A stretch of 63,278 bases of DNA, counting the filler, from Sphacelaria rigidula (taxonomy: Eukaryota): the NCBI GenBank assembly GCA_964200075.2. It is 11 parts of 11 records of this genome, joined end to end, with 100 filler letters (N's around TTAATTAATTAA, not from the genome) between each part and the next. Parts side by side here need not be neighbours in the genome. Positions count along the whole stretch, not along the records: positions 11,526 to 17,187 come from CAXNAA020025461.1; positions 17,288 to 22,949 come from CAXNAA020025462.1; positions 23,050 to 28,711 come from CAXNAA020025463.1; 8 more parts are not named here. One strand, written 5' to 3'. Made by a program: the position numbers and the translations under genes. Each line of letters begins with the position of its first letter. Within the stretch, counting starts at the first letter, position 1. Positions 11,824 through 23,959 of the stretch are shown one piece after another. The notes under the pieces are model-generated. The model was not told where the DNA came from, did not search any database, and saw nothing but the letters and a program-made list of their open reading frames with translations.

Positions 11824-14800
11824 TTACGTGGGTAGAACATCTTCACACTGAACCTCTGCGGGCGTCGTCCAACAAGCCTTCCCGGTGTCTTTGTTGACGA
11901 AGTATGGCCGCTGGACGACGGGGTGAACCAATTTCTCCCATGCACCCATGCGCTTGCCGGGGTCCTGCTCCAGCAAAGCGAACTTCGCGGCGGATACTTT
12001 TCTCGGGACGACACTGATTGTTTCCAGCAAGTAGAAACCGTTCGGCGAGGAAGATCTGGGGAGTTTGAGAAGTACCTATCGAAACATGCTTAGCTGTTTT
12101 CACCCTTTCAACCAAAACTGGACATGCTGATCAATGGTCAATGAATTTCTTGTAGGAGAAAGTGTACGACGTAGAGGTGTGCGTGTGTGTGTATGTATGT
12201 GCTGGGGACTACGACGTGTTGATTGCACATTATGCAAGGTACTGCTTCAAGCACACCGTCGTGTTCGCATGACAACTAGGAGACTTGTACGATGAATGAC
12301 AGGGGTGTAAACGGATGACGCACCGTGACATGTGAACGTAAATCTTTGAATGGCCCTGGATTAAGTGAACATCAATCTGGAGATCACCTCAGCCTTCACA
12401 GTTCGCCTTCTCGCCAGATTACTTCCTTGCGGATAAATGGATCCACCATTTGTGACTCCCAACTCCACGAGCTAGCACACGGTCAGTACGGCTCTCCAAC
12501 CTACGCCATCACAGTCAACGAGTGGGTACCCAGCTCGCCGAACACTGTTGCGACCAACGGTGGAGATTTTTGTGCATCCTTATTTTGGATTTTTGGCGCG
12601 TCATGTTTTCCCAAACACACTCACCTCGAGACCAAGGCGTCCCACAGCCGTCTAAGCAAGGACCGTCGGGTCATCTTTTGTCCCTTGATACCCCACAGGA
12701 AAGACAGGAATTGTCGGTAGGACACATTCAGTTCATCCAGCGACTTAGGGGACCCTTCCCAGCCCTCCTTCTGCAGACGTTTAACCACCTTTGCTCATAA
12801 GGACGGTGAACGGAGAGAGGGAAAAAACAGTCAAAAGTAGCTGGACGGCGATCATTCCGGGAGGGCGCTGCCAGTTCGAGATTACGCGGTTTACGAGTGG
12901 AAGCGTAAAAACAAGTGACTTAGTCTCTTCTAAAAAGCCACCGTAAACCAACGGAGTTATCCATCAGCTTCTGACCACGGCAAACAACTCCATCCACGTC
13001 TTGTGACAGCTACTATAGGTGATTCCCCATATTTCTTCTCGAGGGACGGAATGTGGCATTCCTACATGACTTTCTGTGCATCGTTGAGGAGTACCGAGTG
13101 AAAACCGGACGATATGGGAATCGCCACATGTCTCACATCATTCTTCAGGAGGGGCTCCCCCAGTGTGGGAAGCAGTTCCATGAGATCATCCACGGCAATC
13201 AATGTACTGTTTGCCATCTCCGCACGCGTTCGAAATGCCTGTGTTCGAATCGCAAGGCGAAGTGTCGAGATTACTGGGAGGACACAGGCGACAATATATT
13301 TCGTGCGTGCTCGGAAACTTTCGTGGCTCCTACGACAGAAAGATAATCACACGTTGACTTCGATAGCCGCCTTCGATTCTGGAGCTGTACACACAGGCTA
13401 CGAGCGAAACGTGCGGCAGAGGTTTGGGGACTTTTCAATCTGGTACGTGTGCTGTGCTTGCGGCCTCGGATACCTTGGGCGAGTCGTCGCGGTGAATAAC
13501 AACGCCATCACTCCGAGGAGGCGCTCTGACTATCCTGTCCGCGCGGTGTTCCCGGGACGAAGTATCTCGCGCTGCCCTATTCACCTGTAGCTCTCAAAGG
13601 TGTTGGTGTGCCTCCGAGTCTAGAGGAAGGCTCCTAGAGAAAACCGCAACACGTAACTACAACTACCATCGGCAAAACATGCCGAAGACGGCACTGGTAA
13701 GTCGAACCCCGAAAGACAGGCGACTCTTGAAAAAATGCCGCACGCGCTCAAGACGTATGAAGCACCTTGGAAAGAGCAGCTATCTCCTCCGGAGAGAACC
13801 GGAGAAACAGCTCCGTCTCGACGAAGAACGGCTTTCCCTCGGGTCTCTGCGTGCATGTCTGATTAGTCTTGAGGTTCTTGTACACCGACTACCGTGCGGT
13901 GGAGTAAGTCGTTTGCACGTTTTCGTGTGTGAGGTGGTGAAGTACTACCGAGGCCGGGCGACAAGAGAGATTCGGCACGCATCGAGAGGTCATGTAGTTT
14001 TTTTGTGGCAACACCGCCTGGGGTTGAAATTACCGGGCTGAGCTATTTGTTCGCCGGTAATTACTTTGACTCGACTGTGCCGAGAGTTGAGTACGTTGGG
14101 AGGAGGGACTGTAGTGTAGCTCCAGGTCTGCCCGTACTCCCATGGACATGGACGAAAAGTGCATCATCATATGAGCTATATCAACCAGAGGTGAACGTCG
14201 TCCGATAGTTCCACTAGCCCCTCCCCCCCCCGCCCATTACCTCGTGATCAACGACGTCCACTTCCAAGCGAACACACACTTTAGTTCATATTTTAACTCG
14301 CCTCAGTTCGCCGAGATTCATAAACCAAGCCCGGCTTCCCGCACACCCGCATAATGAGGTATACTGGTATGATATGTCACAGTGACTATTGGCTGTCATG
14401 ATCCAACCAAGGCACACCTTTCCTGTGGTGACATTGAACACCTCCTTCCAACCCGCCGGCAGAGGCTCGTTCGGTCGGACGGCGACCGACGGCTCGCTTT
14501 CTGCACTTTCTCCCTCCACGGTCCTCGTTGTCACTGTGAACCTTATGCATAATTCAATCGTCGCACATTAAGGTCATCGGTTCAATGAAGCGAAAAACGT
14601 GGCTGTGCTGCCCTGTCTGGAAAGCTCAGAAAACATGTAGATGCAGTCAAGAGTGTATCTTGGGTGGAGGAAAGCTTCTGGTCTCTGTGCGTGTATCGCG
14701 CTCGGTTGTGTCCACAAGGGCCGCTCAACAGCTGAGCGGACCCCTTGCCTTTCACTTTGCCAAACTATCGCTGAGCAATGTAGTGGGAGAGCTTTAAGCG

Positions 14801-15790
14801 CCTGCTACGCGTACCACATTCAGCACTCAACAACTACCTCTTCTGAGTTTCCATTCACCTCTGCGCCGCTGTCTAATCAGGAGGTCACCTGTAAACGAGC
14901 CCGTTCTGCAACCCTTTGACCCTGGTCGACGCCGTTTCCACGCCGTCCACGTTTGTCCCGCCTTTCTTGTGCCACTCGCGTCCATCTAGCCGATATCGAT
15001 ATACCACATAGCCCACCATCGTCAACTTCTTGAAGTCGCGGTCTTCTCCGAGGACGCCGCCGGCGATGTCGTTTCCTATCCCACGTTCGGTTTCTTCCGC
15101 CCCCGCGGCCCTGCCACCGCCCTCCTTGTCCCCGCTTGACTTCGATTTTCCTTCTATTTGTACCGGTTTCCACCAGACGGTGGCGGATCGGTTCTGCCCT
15201 AGGGCCTCTACGTCGGTAGGGGGATATCCGTATACTAGACATATACCGAGCACAGCGAGAGGAGGACATCGGGGGGCTCCAATTAGCAAATCGACACAAG
15301 TTCGAAGGTAGGTAATCTTTTCTTGCGAGTCAAGAAGCTGATGGTCCAAATACCCCTTTTTCATCTTTTTCTTGCTCCCTCTTGATGGCCCTTGCGTTTC
15401 GTGGGCCCTCCAGGCACATCCAACGTAGCTAGGTGAAAAGCCACTTGACTGCAGGGCTTGAAGGCGTATATTTTCTAGGCTTCGTTGTGACTCGTGGCTG
15501 TATTCAGTGTACAGGTAGCAGCGTTGTCTCCCACCCCCTCTGCTCCAATCCCCTGAGGTGCTCAATAGTACCGTCCCATGTTCCTGTCCCAAGGTTCTCA
15601 CCTTTTCTTCTGTTGCGTGGGTCTTCGGGTGTTGTCTTGAGTGACGCAAGGGCAGGGTCGGTCCAAAACGTCTCCCGCGTTTCCCGGTCGTACCAATAGT
15701 GTCGACCCGTAGCTTTGTCCAGGGCTCGTTTGAAGCGAGGTTTTGTGGCAGTGGCTACTATTGCTCTTCCTTCTGTAGAACCCACGCAAG
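11824..15790 (-). CDS. Multi-exon WW-domain protein (partial, possibly a pseudogene)
   Basis: Three WW-like exon translations: FKRALDKATGRHYWYDRETRETFWTDP (~15650-15740), LPAGWKEVFNVTTGK (~14418-14465) and AWEKLVHPVVQRPYFVNKDTGKACWTTP (~11860-11945). Other exon-like segments at ~13765-13890 and ~12625-12795 end in GT donors. Some candidate exons contain stops, and the exon structure is unresolved. Confidence 0.65.
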
Positions 15791-16169
15791 CGATCGTAAG
15801 AAGCCACGACGGTGCATCGGCAAGATGGACAATACAATGATGTCAGGATGGAGCAGCTTGTGTTGCGCAAAAAATGTTGTCGCTCTCTTTTGCCTCAGCT
15901 CCCGAGGACACTGTGTTTAATTCCAGTTTCAATCTTGCTCTTACGAATACAGGCATACAGGCAAACACCCCCCCGTGTGGGCGTGCGAGCTGGCTGGGAA
16001 ACTGCGGAGATAAACATCCTCTTGTCTACTGTAGCGTTACAGTACCTCTTCGACGCCGTCGTCCACGGCTGTGCGTTGTAGGGGGAAAGTATAAACGTAC
16101 GCATTCGGCACAGCAGCGACATGCCGCTGAAGCTAGCGTGGAAAGTATCTTCCACAAGCGGCCATCATC

Positions 16170-16525
16170 ACGACTCCAACTTGAAGGGTCAACTCGAAAG
16201 CCAAAGGCCAGAGTGTGGAGGCGAACGTTGAACACAAAATTCAAAGCTTCGACTTAAATGCGGGACAATAATCAAGTTGAAAGTTGGGCATCCAAGCCAA
16301 ATTTGGACGTTCCAAAGTAAGCGTTGAAATCGAAGGTTCAGCTCATATGTTGAAGTCAAGCCTTCAAGTTGAAAGTAGAACCTTCGAACGGACCGACGAT
16401 TTTCTTGTATCAGTTTTCTTCTGATGAGCATTCAACTTGGAAGCCGAACCTTCGAGTGAACTTAGCACTCTACTTACAAGGCTCGACTCGACTTTCGCAT
16501 TCAAGCTGGGAGTTCAAGTCAATAC
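16170..16525. repeat. Element built from TTCAACTTG/CAAGTTGAA sub-repeats (probable MITE interior)
   Basis: Many degenerate copies of TTCAA(G/C)TTGAA on both strands. Termini were not identified. Confidence 0.55.
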
Positions 16526-16586
16526 CTTGGACGCCCGGCCCTGTAGTTGGACGCTTAGAGGGCATCTTTTTTTGGGGGGAGGGCGG

Positions 16587-17084
16587 TGTACCCGTGATCT
16601 TGCACGCAGTAGTCATATGACCACTGACCTCGCGTTCCTACAAAGGCGGGACGGAGCACGCCGGGCTCGCCGGGCCAGGCTCGCAATCAATCGCGAAGCG
16701 CGAAGCGCCGCGATGTGTTCAGCGAATCGCATGAAGGGTGAGTTGCATCCTGCGAATATTCTTCGGCCGTACTGACTATCTTGCATAGGGATGACAGCCT
16801 CCAATGAGCCGCTTCATTTTCTGGTATCGCCACTTCCAGAGACAGCCACGGGCTGCATGTCGCCTCATGGGTGTCTCGTCACCATGAAACACTACGTAGT
16901 ATGGTCACCCCCTTTGCGAGGAATTGACGTTCTCCCACCCCGCAAAATATGATCTAGCTCTACCATCATCATGGTCACCGAAAAAAGACCTCAAGCGCGC
17001 AGAAAAACCCGGCAGCCTTGTTGCCTAGCTTACACAGTGAGTGGCATGTTTTACAGCGTCGTTGACAACGGACGCCAACCTCAT
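16587..17084 (-). mobile_element. C-tract retroposon, full-length form B (~500 bp)
   Basis: Colinear with 56908-57436 from (A/G)GTTGGCGT...CAACGACGCTGTAAA to GCAAGATCAYGRGTAC. G-runs lie on both sides, and GGGGGAGGGCG is repeated at ~16575 and ~17097. Confidence 0.85.
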
Positions 17085-17130
17085 GGGGGGGTCTGAGGGG
17101 GAGGGCGCGGGGGAGGGGAGGAGGGGGGGG

Positions 17131-17187
17131 CGTACTCATTTGTTGCTTGCCTTAGTCGTGTGACCATTGACCACGCATCCCTTTCGA
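17131..17187 (-). mobile_element. C-tract retroposon form A (cut by contig end), stacked next to form B
   Basis: CGTACTCATTTGTTGCTTGCCTTAGTCGTGTGACCATTGACCACGCATCCCTTTCGA follows a G-run. Confidence 0.9.
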
Positions 17188-18479
17188 NNNNNNNNNNNNN
17201 NNNNNNNNNNNNNNNNNNNNNNNNNNNNNNNTTAATTAATTAANNNNNNNNNNNNNNNNNNNNNNNNNNNNNNNNNNNNNNNNNNNNCTCAACATTCGTT
17301 ATATTGCCCCACGTTACCAACAACCTCCACCACTGTTTCGATGCATAGCTCCCCCCCCCGCCCCGGTGCCCAGTAACACCGTTACTGGTGAGCGGTGGCT
17401 ACTTTTGCTGTGGTGCCAACTTCAGCTCGTACCCACAGCTGCTGCGCATCGTTCCTACTCGCTTCGGCTAAAATGGCGTTCGAAGGAGGGGTAGCCCCGG
17501 ACGGGTGAAATATTTGTATGCGTACCCATTGGTTTAGGTGGAACCTAGCCCCTAGATCGATGTTACAGAGGCGGCGGCAGCGGCAGCGGCGGCAGCAGCT
17601 GAGCATGGAATATATACGCTGCTGGTCGCGCCTGGCTTGGGGTGGACAATGTCAACGGAGACCCAGTTACTGGAAGTATCCGCTGAAGAAAAATGGAGGA
17701 AAGATCGGTCGTGCAAACCGTTGGTCAGGAGCACTACACAAATTTATTTGCGGCGCTTCAGCGGCATTTTCTTGCAAAGGCGCAAAAATACCGTTGTTAT
17801 CGTCGTGGTGCAGAAACACTGCTGCAGTGGCGGACCCACAAAATATTGATGCTGCTGAGGAGGTGCAGCAACCTTCTGCCGCGTGGAAGGGTGCGTCAAC
17901 CTGCTGCTGCATGGGAAGGTGCTTGCACGCGAGGCTGTTGGACGGATCCTGCCGGGTAGAAGGATTGGGCTCGAGGGTTCAGGGAGTTTCCACTCATTCT
18001 TTACCGATTTGGGGTTAGCTATGTGATAATCGACACGTTAAACCTGCACGCACGTGCCACATAGATGTAAAAACACCGATTGAGATAATTATGGATGATT
18101 CATTGCAATGTATGACAATCTCCATGATTCAAGAGTCTCGAGGGTGGTGTCTAGATGAAACATTCTCAGTCATCAACGGCGTGAGCACACGATGGAATAG
18201 AACAGACAGCATCACTTTTTCATCATGATACGAAAGTGGACACCAGGAAGGAAAGGTGAACAACTTGAACAGGAATTTGTTCGAGCAAAACAGATTCATG
18301 TGAAGAAACGATGGAACCAATAACATGAATAGCAGCGCTTCACCAGTACAGCGATAACGAACAAAAAAATCAAGGGGAAGGAGAACGAAAGGAACAGCAA
18401 TATAACCGGACAAAACAGATTCACGCGTGTGCATTCGGCCATGGTATCACGTGTCGGGGACAGCTGAGTATAAATTGAA

Positions 18480-18990
18480 GGACTCCCAAGGGAATTCTGG
18501 CTCCATGTCAACCTGTTCGGACAGCATGGGAAAATCCTGGCCACCTGTCAACCTGTTCGGATAGCATGGGAATTCCGGGATGCCTGTCAGCCTGTTTGGG
18601 CACACATGGGAAACTCCTAGCCACCTGTCAACCTGTTCGGGCACACGTGGAAAGTCCTGGCCACCTTTCAACCTGTTCGAAAACACATGGGAAACTCCTG
18701 GCACCTTGTCAGCCTGTTCGAAAACACATGGGAAACTCCTGGCCACCTGTCAGCCTGTTCGAAAACGCATGGGAAACTTCTGGCCACGTTTCAACCTGTT
18801 CGAAAACACATGGGAAACTCCTGGATCTCCTGTCAACCTGTTCGAATACACATGGGAAACTCCTGGATCTCTTGTCAGCCTGTTCGAAAACACATGGGAA
18901 ACTCCTGGCCACCTGTCAACCTATTCGAAAACACATGGGAAACTCCTGGATCTCTTGTCAACCTGCTCGAAAACACATGGGAAACTCCTG
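18480..18990. repeat. Minisatellite, ~12 x 40-41 bp
   Basis: Unit CCACCTGTCAACCTGTTCGAAAACACATGGGAAACTCCTGG, head-to-tail, with no unique spacers. Confidence 0.95.
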
Positions 18991-19249
18991 CTTGTGTTGT
19001 ATGATGCAATCATCTATATATATATATATATACATATGTGTATATGGTTCATACAACTTCCTCGTTCACCAATTCGATGTCTGGCTTGTATGTTCGCAAC
19101 TTGCATAGTCTCGACGACACACGAGTCGTTCATTACAAGCCAAAAGCCAACAACTTACATCAGATTATTTTTGGTATAAATCTCGGCAAAGGGATGTGTG
19201 GAACCCATGGACTCTCAAGACCAGAAAAATGTAGCCCGGGACAGTCATA

Positions 19250-19394
19250 GCGTGCACAGGTAGACGGTCATCTTCGAATTGATTGTCGGAGCACGCGCAT
19301 GTAGACGGTCATCTTCGAATGGATTGTCAGAGCGTGCACAAGTAGACGGTCATCTTCGAATTGATTGTCGGAGCGTGCACGAGTATAGACGGTC
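19250..19394. repeat. Tandem repeat, ~3.5 x ~41 bp
   Basis: Unit GCGTGCACAGGTAGACGGTCATCTTCGAATTGATTGTCGGA. Confidence 0.9.
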
Positions 19395-19699
19395 AACGGG
19401 AACTGACGAAGCATCCGTCTGGTGGCCTCATGCAAACACACTAGCATGTAGCTTCACTCATAGCCGCTCAATCGTTGTGGATCAGGGTTGATTACCAGAT
19501 TCATGAGTAGCTACACAGAAATTGGCAGGCGGGTACCAACGATAATTGTTGAGGAGCACTGTCGCACGCTTCATGCAGCCCTGTGACCTACCGCTGCGGG
19601 TAATATTAATCAAATAGTAAATAATGGTATGTTCAACAATGCACCTGGAAACAAACATCCACATATTCACAGTCGAATATTAAGCTAGAAGTTCATGGT

Positions 19700-22600
19700 T
19701 GGGCTTGATCTCTTAGAACTGAAACAACTTCACATAACTCTCCATTTGTTTTACGCATACATGGCTCGCATAATCTCTTCGAAGATATCTACCAAGGGCG
19801 CAAACGATCAAACAGGGGGAGCCACGTAGAGGTTACATCCATTTTCCATGACAATATAGCATTTCGAGCATTGATGATTTGCCCTCCCTGACCAGGGGGT
19901 AGGGTGAAAACCTCGTGTTTCGTTCATTCAAGCCTCGCAATTCATGTTCACGGCTAATCGGTACCGTGCCTGGTGGCATGTATGCAGACAGTATGACATT
20001 ACGGTTAGACAGACAATTTTCCGTGCATTCGCGGACGGCAGCGTAACAATGTCATTCTCTATCAGTTGCATCCACGGTCATGTACGAGGTGCGGTTATTA
20101 GGTGCACACGAAAACAATCACCCATGTATTGAAAGTCGTGAAGTAAAGTCAAAGCACATGATTGGGTCTGATTTCTTCAAAATCGGAGCAGACATCACAT
20201 AGCCCCGAAGTTCTCAAGCATATATGACTCGCCCATACCCTGTGGAGGTATCCACCAAGGGCGAAACTATCAATCAGGGGGAACCACGTTGAAGTGACAT
20301 TCAATTTCCATGACAATAACACACGTTTAATGCATCAATGATCTGCTCCCCCCCTGACCGGGGTAGGGTAAATACCTCATGTTGATTCAAGCTTCGCAAC
20401 TTCCGTTCACGACGAATCGGCGGACATGGTATCGTGCCTTGTAGCATGTATACATAACCAGTATGGTATTACGGCCACACAAGCAGGTTCGTGAAATTGC
20501 GAAGCATAGAGCAAAACGACATTCTTTCACCGTTGCATACGTGGTCATGCATGAGATACTCGAGCATGTGGTTCGCGTTCCTGAGAGTATATATATATAT
20601 ATATTATGCTGTATGTACTCGGTATTAATTGTAGCCGACAACATCTCGATAGCCCTGTGTATCTCTTCTACAGGCAGTTCGTCAACTCCCATCTGCTGGT
20701 TGATATCGCGTTCAGTAGTTTCACTCAGGCAACACTGTCATCACTACCTCATGTGTCCCCACAGTATATAGACGCGAATAAACAGTACAGTACACGGCAA
20801 AGGTTCTTCCGCATGCATAGTCCGGCATTTGATATTCGATGGTGATTTGGAACAATTTTGTTCTCACAGTAAAAGCATATTACTCATGCACTGTTAGACT
20901 GAGTACAAAGTCAACGATTTCATCGAGGAGATGGTGCAGGCTGTAAACAGTCAGTACCGTCATCCTGTACAGCTGTATTGTAACAGCATCACAAGAAACA
21001 TAACGGTTGCATGTCGTAAAACCCAAGGGTGTTATCGCAACTCAATGTGCGGAGACACACGCGATTTTAATCCAGCGGGTCTTGTCGAGTTTGAGTACGT
21101 GTGGGGCAGCATATTGTACCGTGGTTCCATTTCAGTCAGCTGTGTGAAACTAAAAAATTCAAGTGAAGAGCAATCAAAAAGCAGGAGAGTTGTCAGTGCC
21201 AAATATGACGGTCCTTGGAGGAGCGCTTGTTTGCACATTGACCACCACTCAGTCAAGACGTGAATGCAGCAATACAATTTTGTGTACCCAACGGATACGG
21301 CGATTGTAAGCAGCAGTTCAGACAGTGCAACGTAGTCCCTCTGCGTCATGCATATCTTTTTCCAAGTGAATATTGATGCTGACTCAGCAGGTGACCTACC
21401 CTCGTGGTCAACATAGTCAATATTCACAACGAAATGGCGTCGTACAGCTATGTCATCCAAGAATACAGCATAGCACAACGGTGCAGAGAATCATTTCATC
21501 TTGGGATCAACCGTGATGTGGTGTATAAAGCAAGCGTCAAGTTGTCTGTCTTATCTCACGGCACCTTTCACGATCGGCTTTCACATTTCGATCCTGTGCA
21601 CTCATCCGTGAAGGCAAGTTTTTATTTCAAGACGTAAGGGAGATCCCACCGCCCCAACGTTTTCATTGCTGTGTGCAAAATACTTGACCTGCCACCGCGT
21701 GTAAGCAAGCATAGCATAACATGATCTTTTTTGTGGTCGCAGGTGATACCCCCCCCTAGCTTCATGTAACATCATGTTTCCCTGTGTACGCCTTCGTGCG
21801 CTTCACTCACTATCTGTTTGGCGGTTTGCTTCTCGGTTACAACGTATCAAGGCTCAAGCAAGGTTAGATAGCAGCAGATCGATGATAGTACTTGGGGCGG
21901 GGGATTGCACTTTAAATACCCGCTATCCTGTTAAATGCACATACATACGGCACCGCTGTCATGCAACATGCACCCCAAGCATCACTACATTGGTTCTTAC
22001 CCAGATGCAGCATAAGGCAATCGTTATCCAAACGGTATCCAGTAAACCGTGAAATGAATACAAGCGGGTTGCACGATGTCTTCAGGCCGAGCCATCATTA
22101 TCTTTCCTTCCCTTGGCTGTGAATTGTCAAGGGAGGGCAAAGTTGACTGATGACATTGCCAAGTTCTTCAAACACATGGACCCGAGTGATGGACGCAGGG
22201 CGGTCAGTTAAACTTTCAAACCCTCCGCAATTATACTATAAAATGTATAGACTATACGGATCTTTCATGTTGGCTACACGGTCTGCAGCATGAACCCAAC
22301 CTGAACAGCTGTAACCGCTGTTACGGGTGCACCCCAAACATCAAATTCAGTCGTTTGGCAATAACCGCTGCGCAAACGCTGTGGACACGCATCTTCAGGT
22401 GACGTAGGATAAACACAGCCGACAACGCGTTCAAGCGCACACGGGATTGACAGAGGACCAGTTCGTTCATTCTTCATTCTCAGGCAGCAAAATTCGTCAT
22501 CACGTGCGGGATTCTCGTTTGAGGCGAACAACGAATCCTCATATATGGGGGCCAGAACATCACTGTGGTGTATGCGTTGTTGAAGGATCGCATTTAGGAA

Positions 22601-22700
22601 AATCGCAAGAGGAGTGATCAATATGTCACAGATGACAACAGTCGACACAATAGTCCCGGTTGTAGAAGCGCCATGATACGGACAAACGGTATAGTAGCCT
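19700..22700 (-). pseudogene. Heavily decayed coding relic, possibly a Plavaka-like transposase, with an internal ~460-bp duplication
   Basis: Broken minus-strand ORFs give GITCDH..MLCLLTRGG..C..KVP*DK..NL, FTWKKICMTQRDYVALSELLL and ETTERDINQQM. Their order loosely resembles Plavaka transposases. 19730-20080 is duplicated at 20200-20550. Confidence 0.3.
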
Positions 22701-23049
22701 CTCTGGCTTGTCCGCGCACTAGTTCGCTTTTACTACCGTCTCAATTGTTATGGTTACCATGATCGCTGCTCAAGCACTGTGATGACGGATCTTCACAAGA
22801 CGGGACATAAAGTGAAATTTCCTACTTCAACCACACATGCGGCATATTCATCCATGTGCAATACAGTATGCAATGATTTGTACGTATTCGCTCACCATTT
22901 ATCGCAGGGCAAAACAGTTTTCCAGCTCAAGGGATGGTCAGTTTAACGANNNNNNNNNNNNNNNNNNNNNNNNNNNNNNNNNNNNNNNNNNNNTTAATTA
23001 ATTAANNNNNNNNNNNNNNNNNNNNNNNNNNNNNNNNNNNNNNNNNNNN

Positions 23050-23227
23050 ACTTAGCAGTGACCACATCCGCATCTGAGCTGATATCTATCCTGATTACGG
23101 TCAATGGTCTGATGACTATGGCATGCATGATCATGAGTACACCCCCCGTAGGGTGTACATAGCCCCTGGTCGTTGACCGTAATCAGGATAGATATCAGCT
23201 CAGATGCGGATGTGGTCACTGCTAAGT
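23050..23227. repeat. Perfect 55-bp inverted repeat enclosing a form-B 3' fragment
   Basis: 23050-23104 is the exact reverse complement of 23173-23227. The B fragment GGTCAATGGTCTGATGACTATGGCATGCATGATCATGAGTACA lies at 23099-23141 and is followed by CCCCCC. Confidence 0.95.
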
Positions 23228-23409
23228 AAGACCAAACTTCGTTCGAAAATATACGTCTGGGTTTCTAATACACGATATATATATACAAGGTTCCCCTTCG
23301 GGAGGTTGATACTGGCCTCCCGGGGGTGACGCAAGTCGAAAATATACCAATGTTATTCCTTTTTCATATTATGGAGGCGATTGTGTGGGAGAATATGTAC
23401 CTTCCAGTA

Positions 23410-23959
23410 CAGTAGTGGGCGGTCTAACTATTTCAAGGCGTATTGGGTTTTTTCCCGCGTACTACTCTTCGATAGAACTCGTAATTGCTAGGGTCGGTAG
23501 ATTTTGGCACAAAAAAATAGATCATCTTCGAAACACGGTGTCCGAGTCAGTGTTAGGTGGTGTTATCGGGCGAAACGAGTAAATACCCTGTTCATCAGGA
23601 GGGTGTTATTGACCGTGAAACACTGTCTTTCGGCCCTAGTGTACTCAGTAGGCAGAATTTCAAACAAATAAACTGTACATTTCTTTGAAAATATGATCGG
23701 GACGGGCTCGATCGACCAAAAATACACAAGAGAAAGAGCCTGGGCTAAAACGTGGCAGGACCCCCGATGACCGGTCAGCCCGTAAGTCACTCCGTATTGA
23801 GTACAGATGGTTTTTTCTTCTTAGAATGTGGAACGGATACCAATATATTCAGATCCCCGATGTGATGAGGGGTGGTAAGCGCAAAAAGCCCAAGAAAATC
23901 TCAAATGACTGAAAAATCACAACATGCCACAAAATGAATAGTTGGACCGCCCACTACTG
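23410..23959. mobile_element. Tc1/mariner-type MITE (550 bp)
   Basis: TIR CAGTAGTGGGCGGTCTAACTATT / AATAGTTGGACCGCCCACTACTG, with TA on both sides. Related TIRs occur at ~27032 and ~57689-57710. Confidence 0.88.

Noticed and set aside
17600..17960. Possible hAT BED-finger remnant (WKY... with Cys residues)
   Set aside because: Too degenerate, with no consistent Cys/His spacing in one frame.
18480..18990. CRISPR-like array and 180-199 aa repetitive ORFs
   Set aside because: The units are contiguous with no unique spacers and there are no cas genes. The ORFs are by-products of the minisatellite.
23109..23116. Hammerhead core CTGATGA (also near 16421 and 28233)
   Set aside because: No properly placed stem II and GAAA. 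At 23109 it is just a variable loop of the B element.
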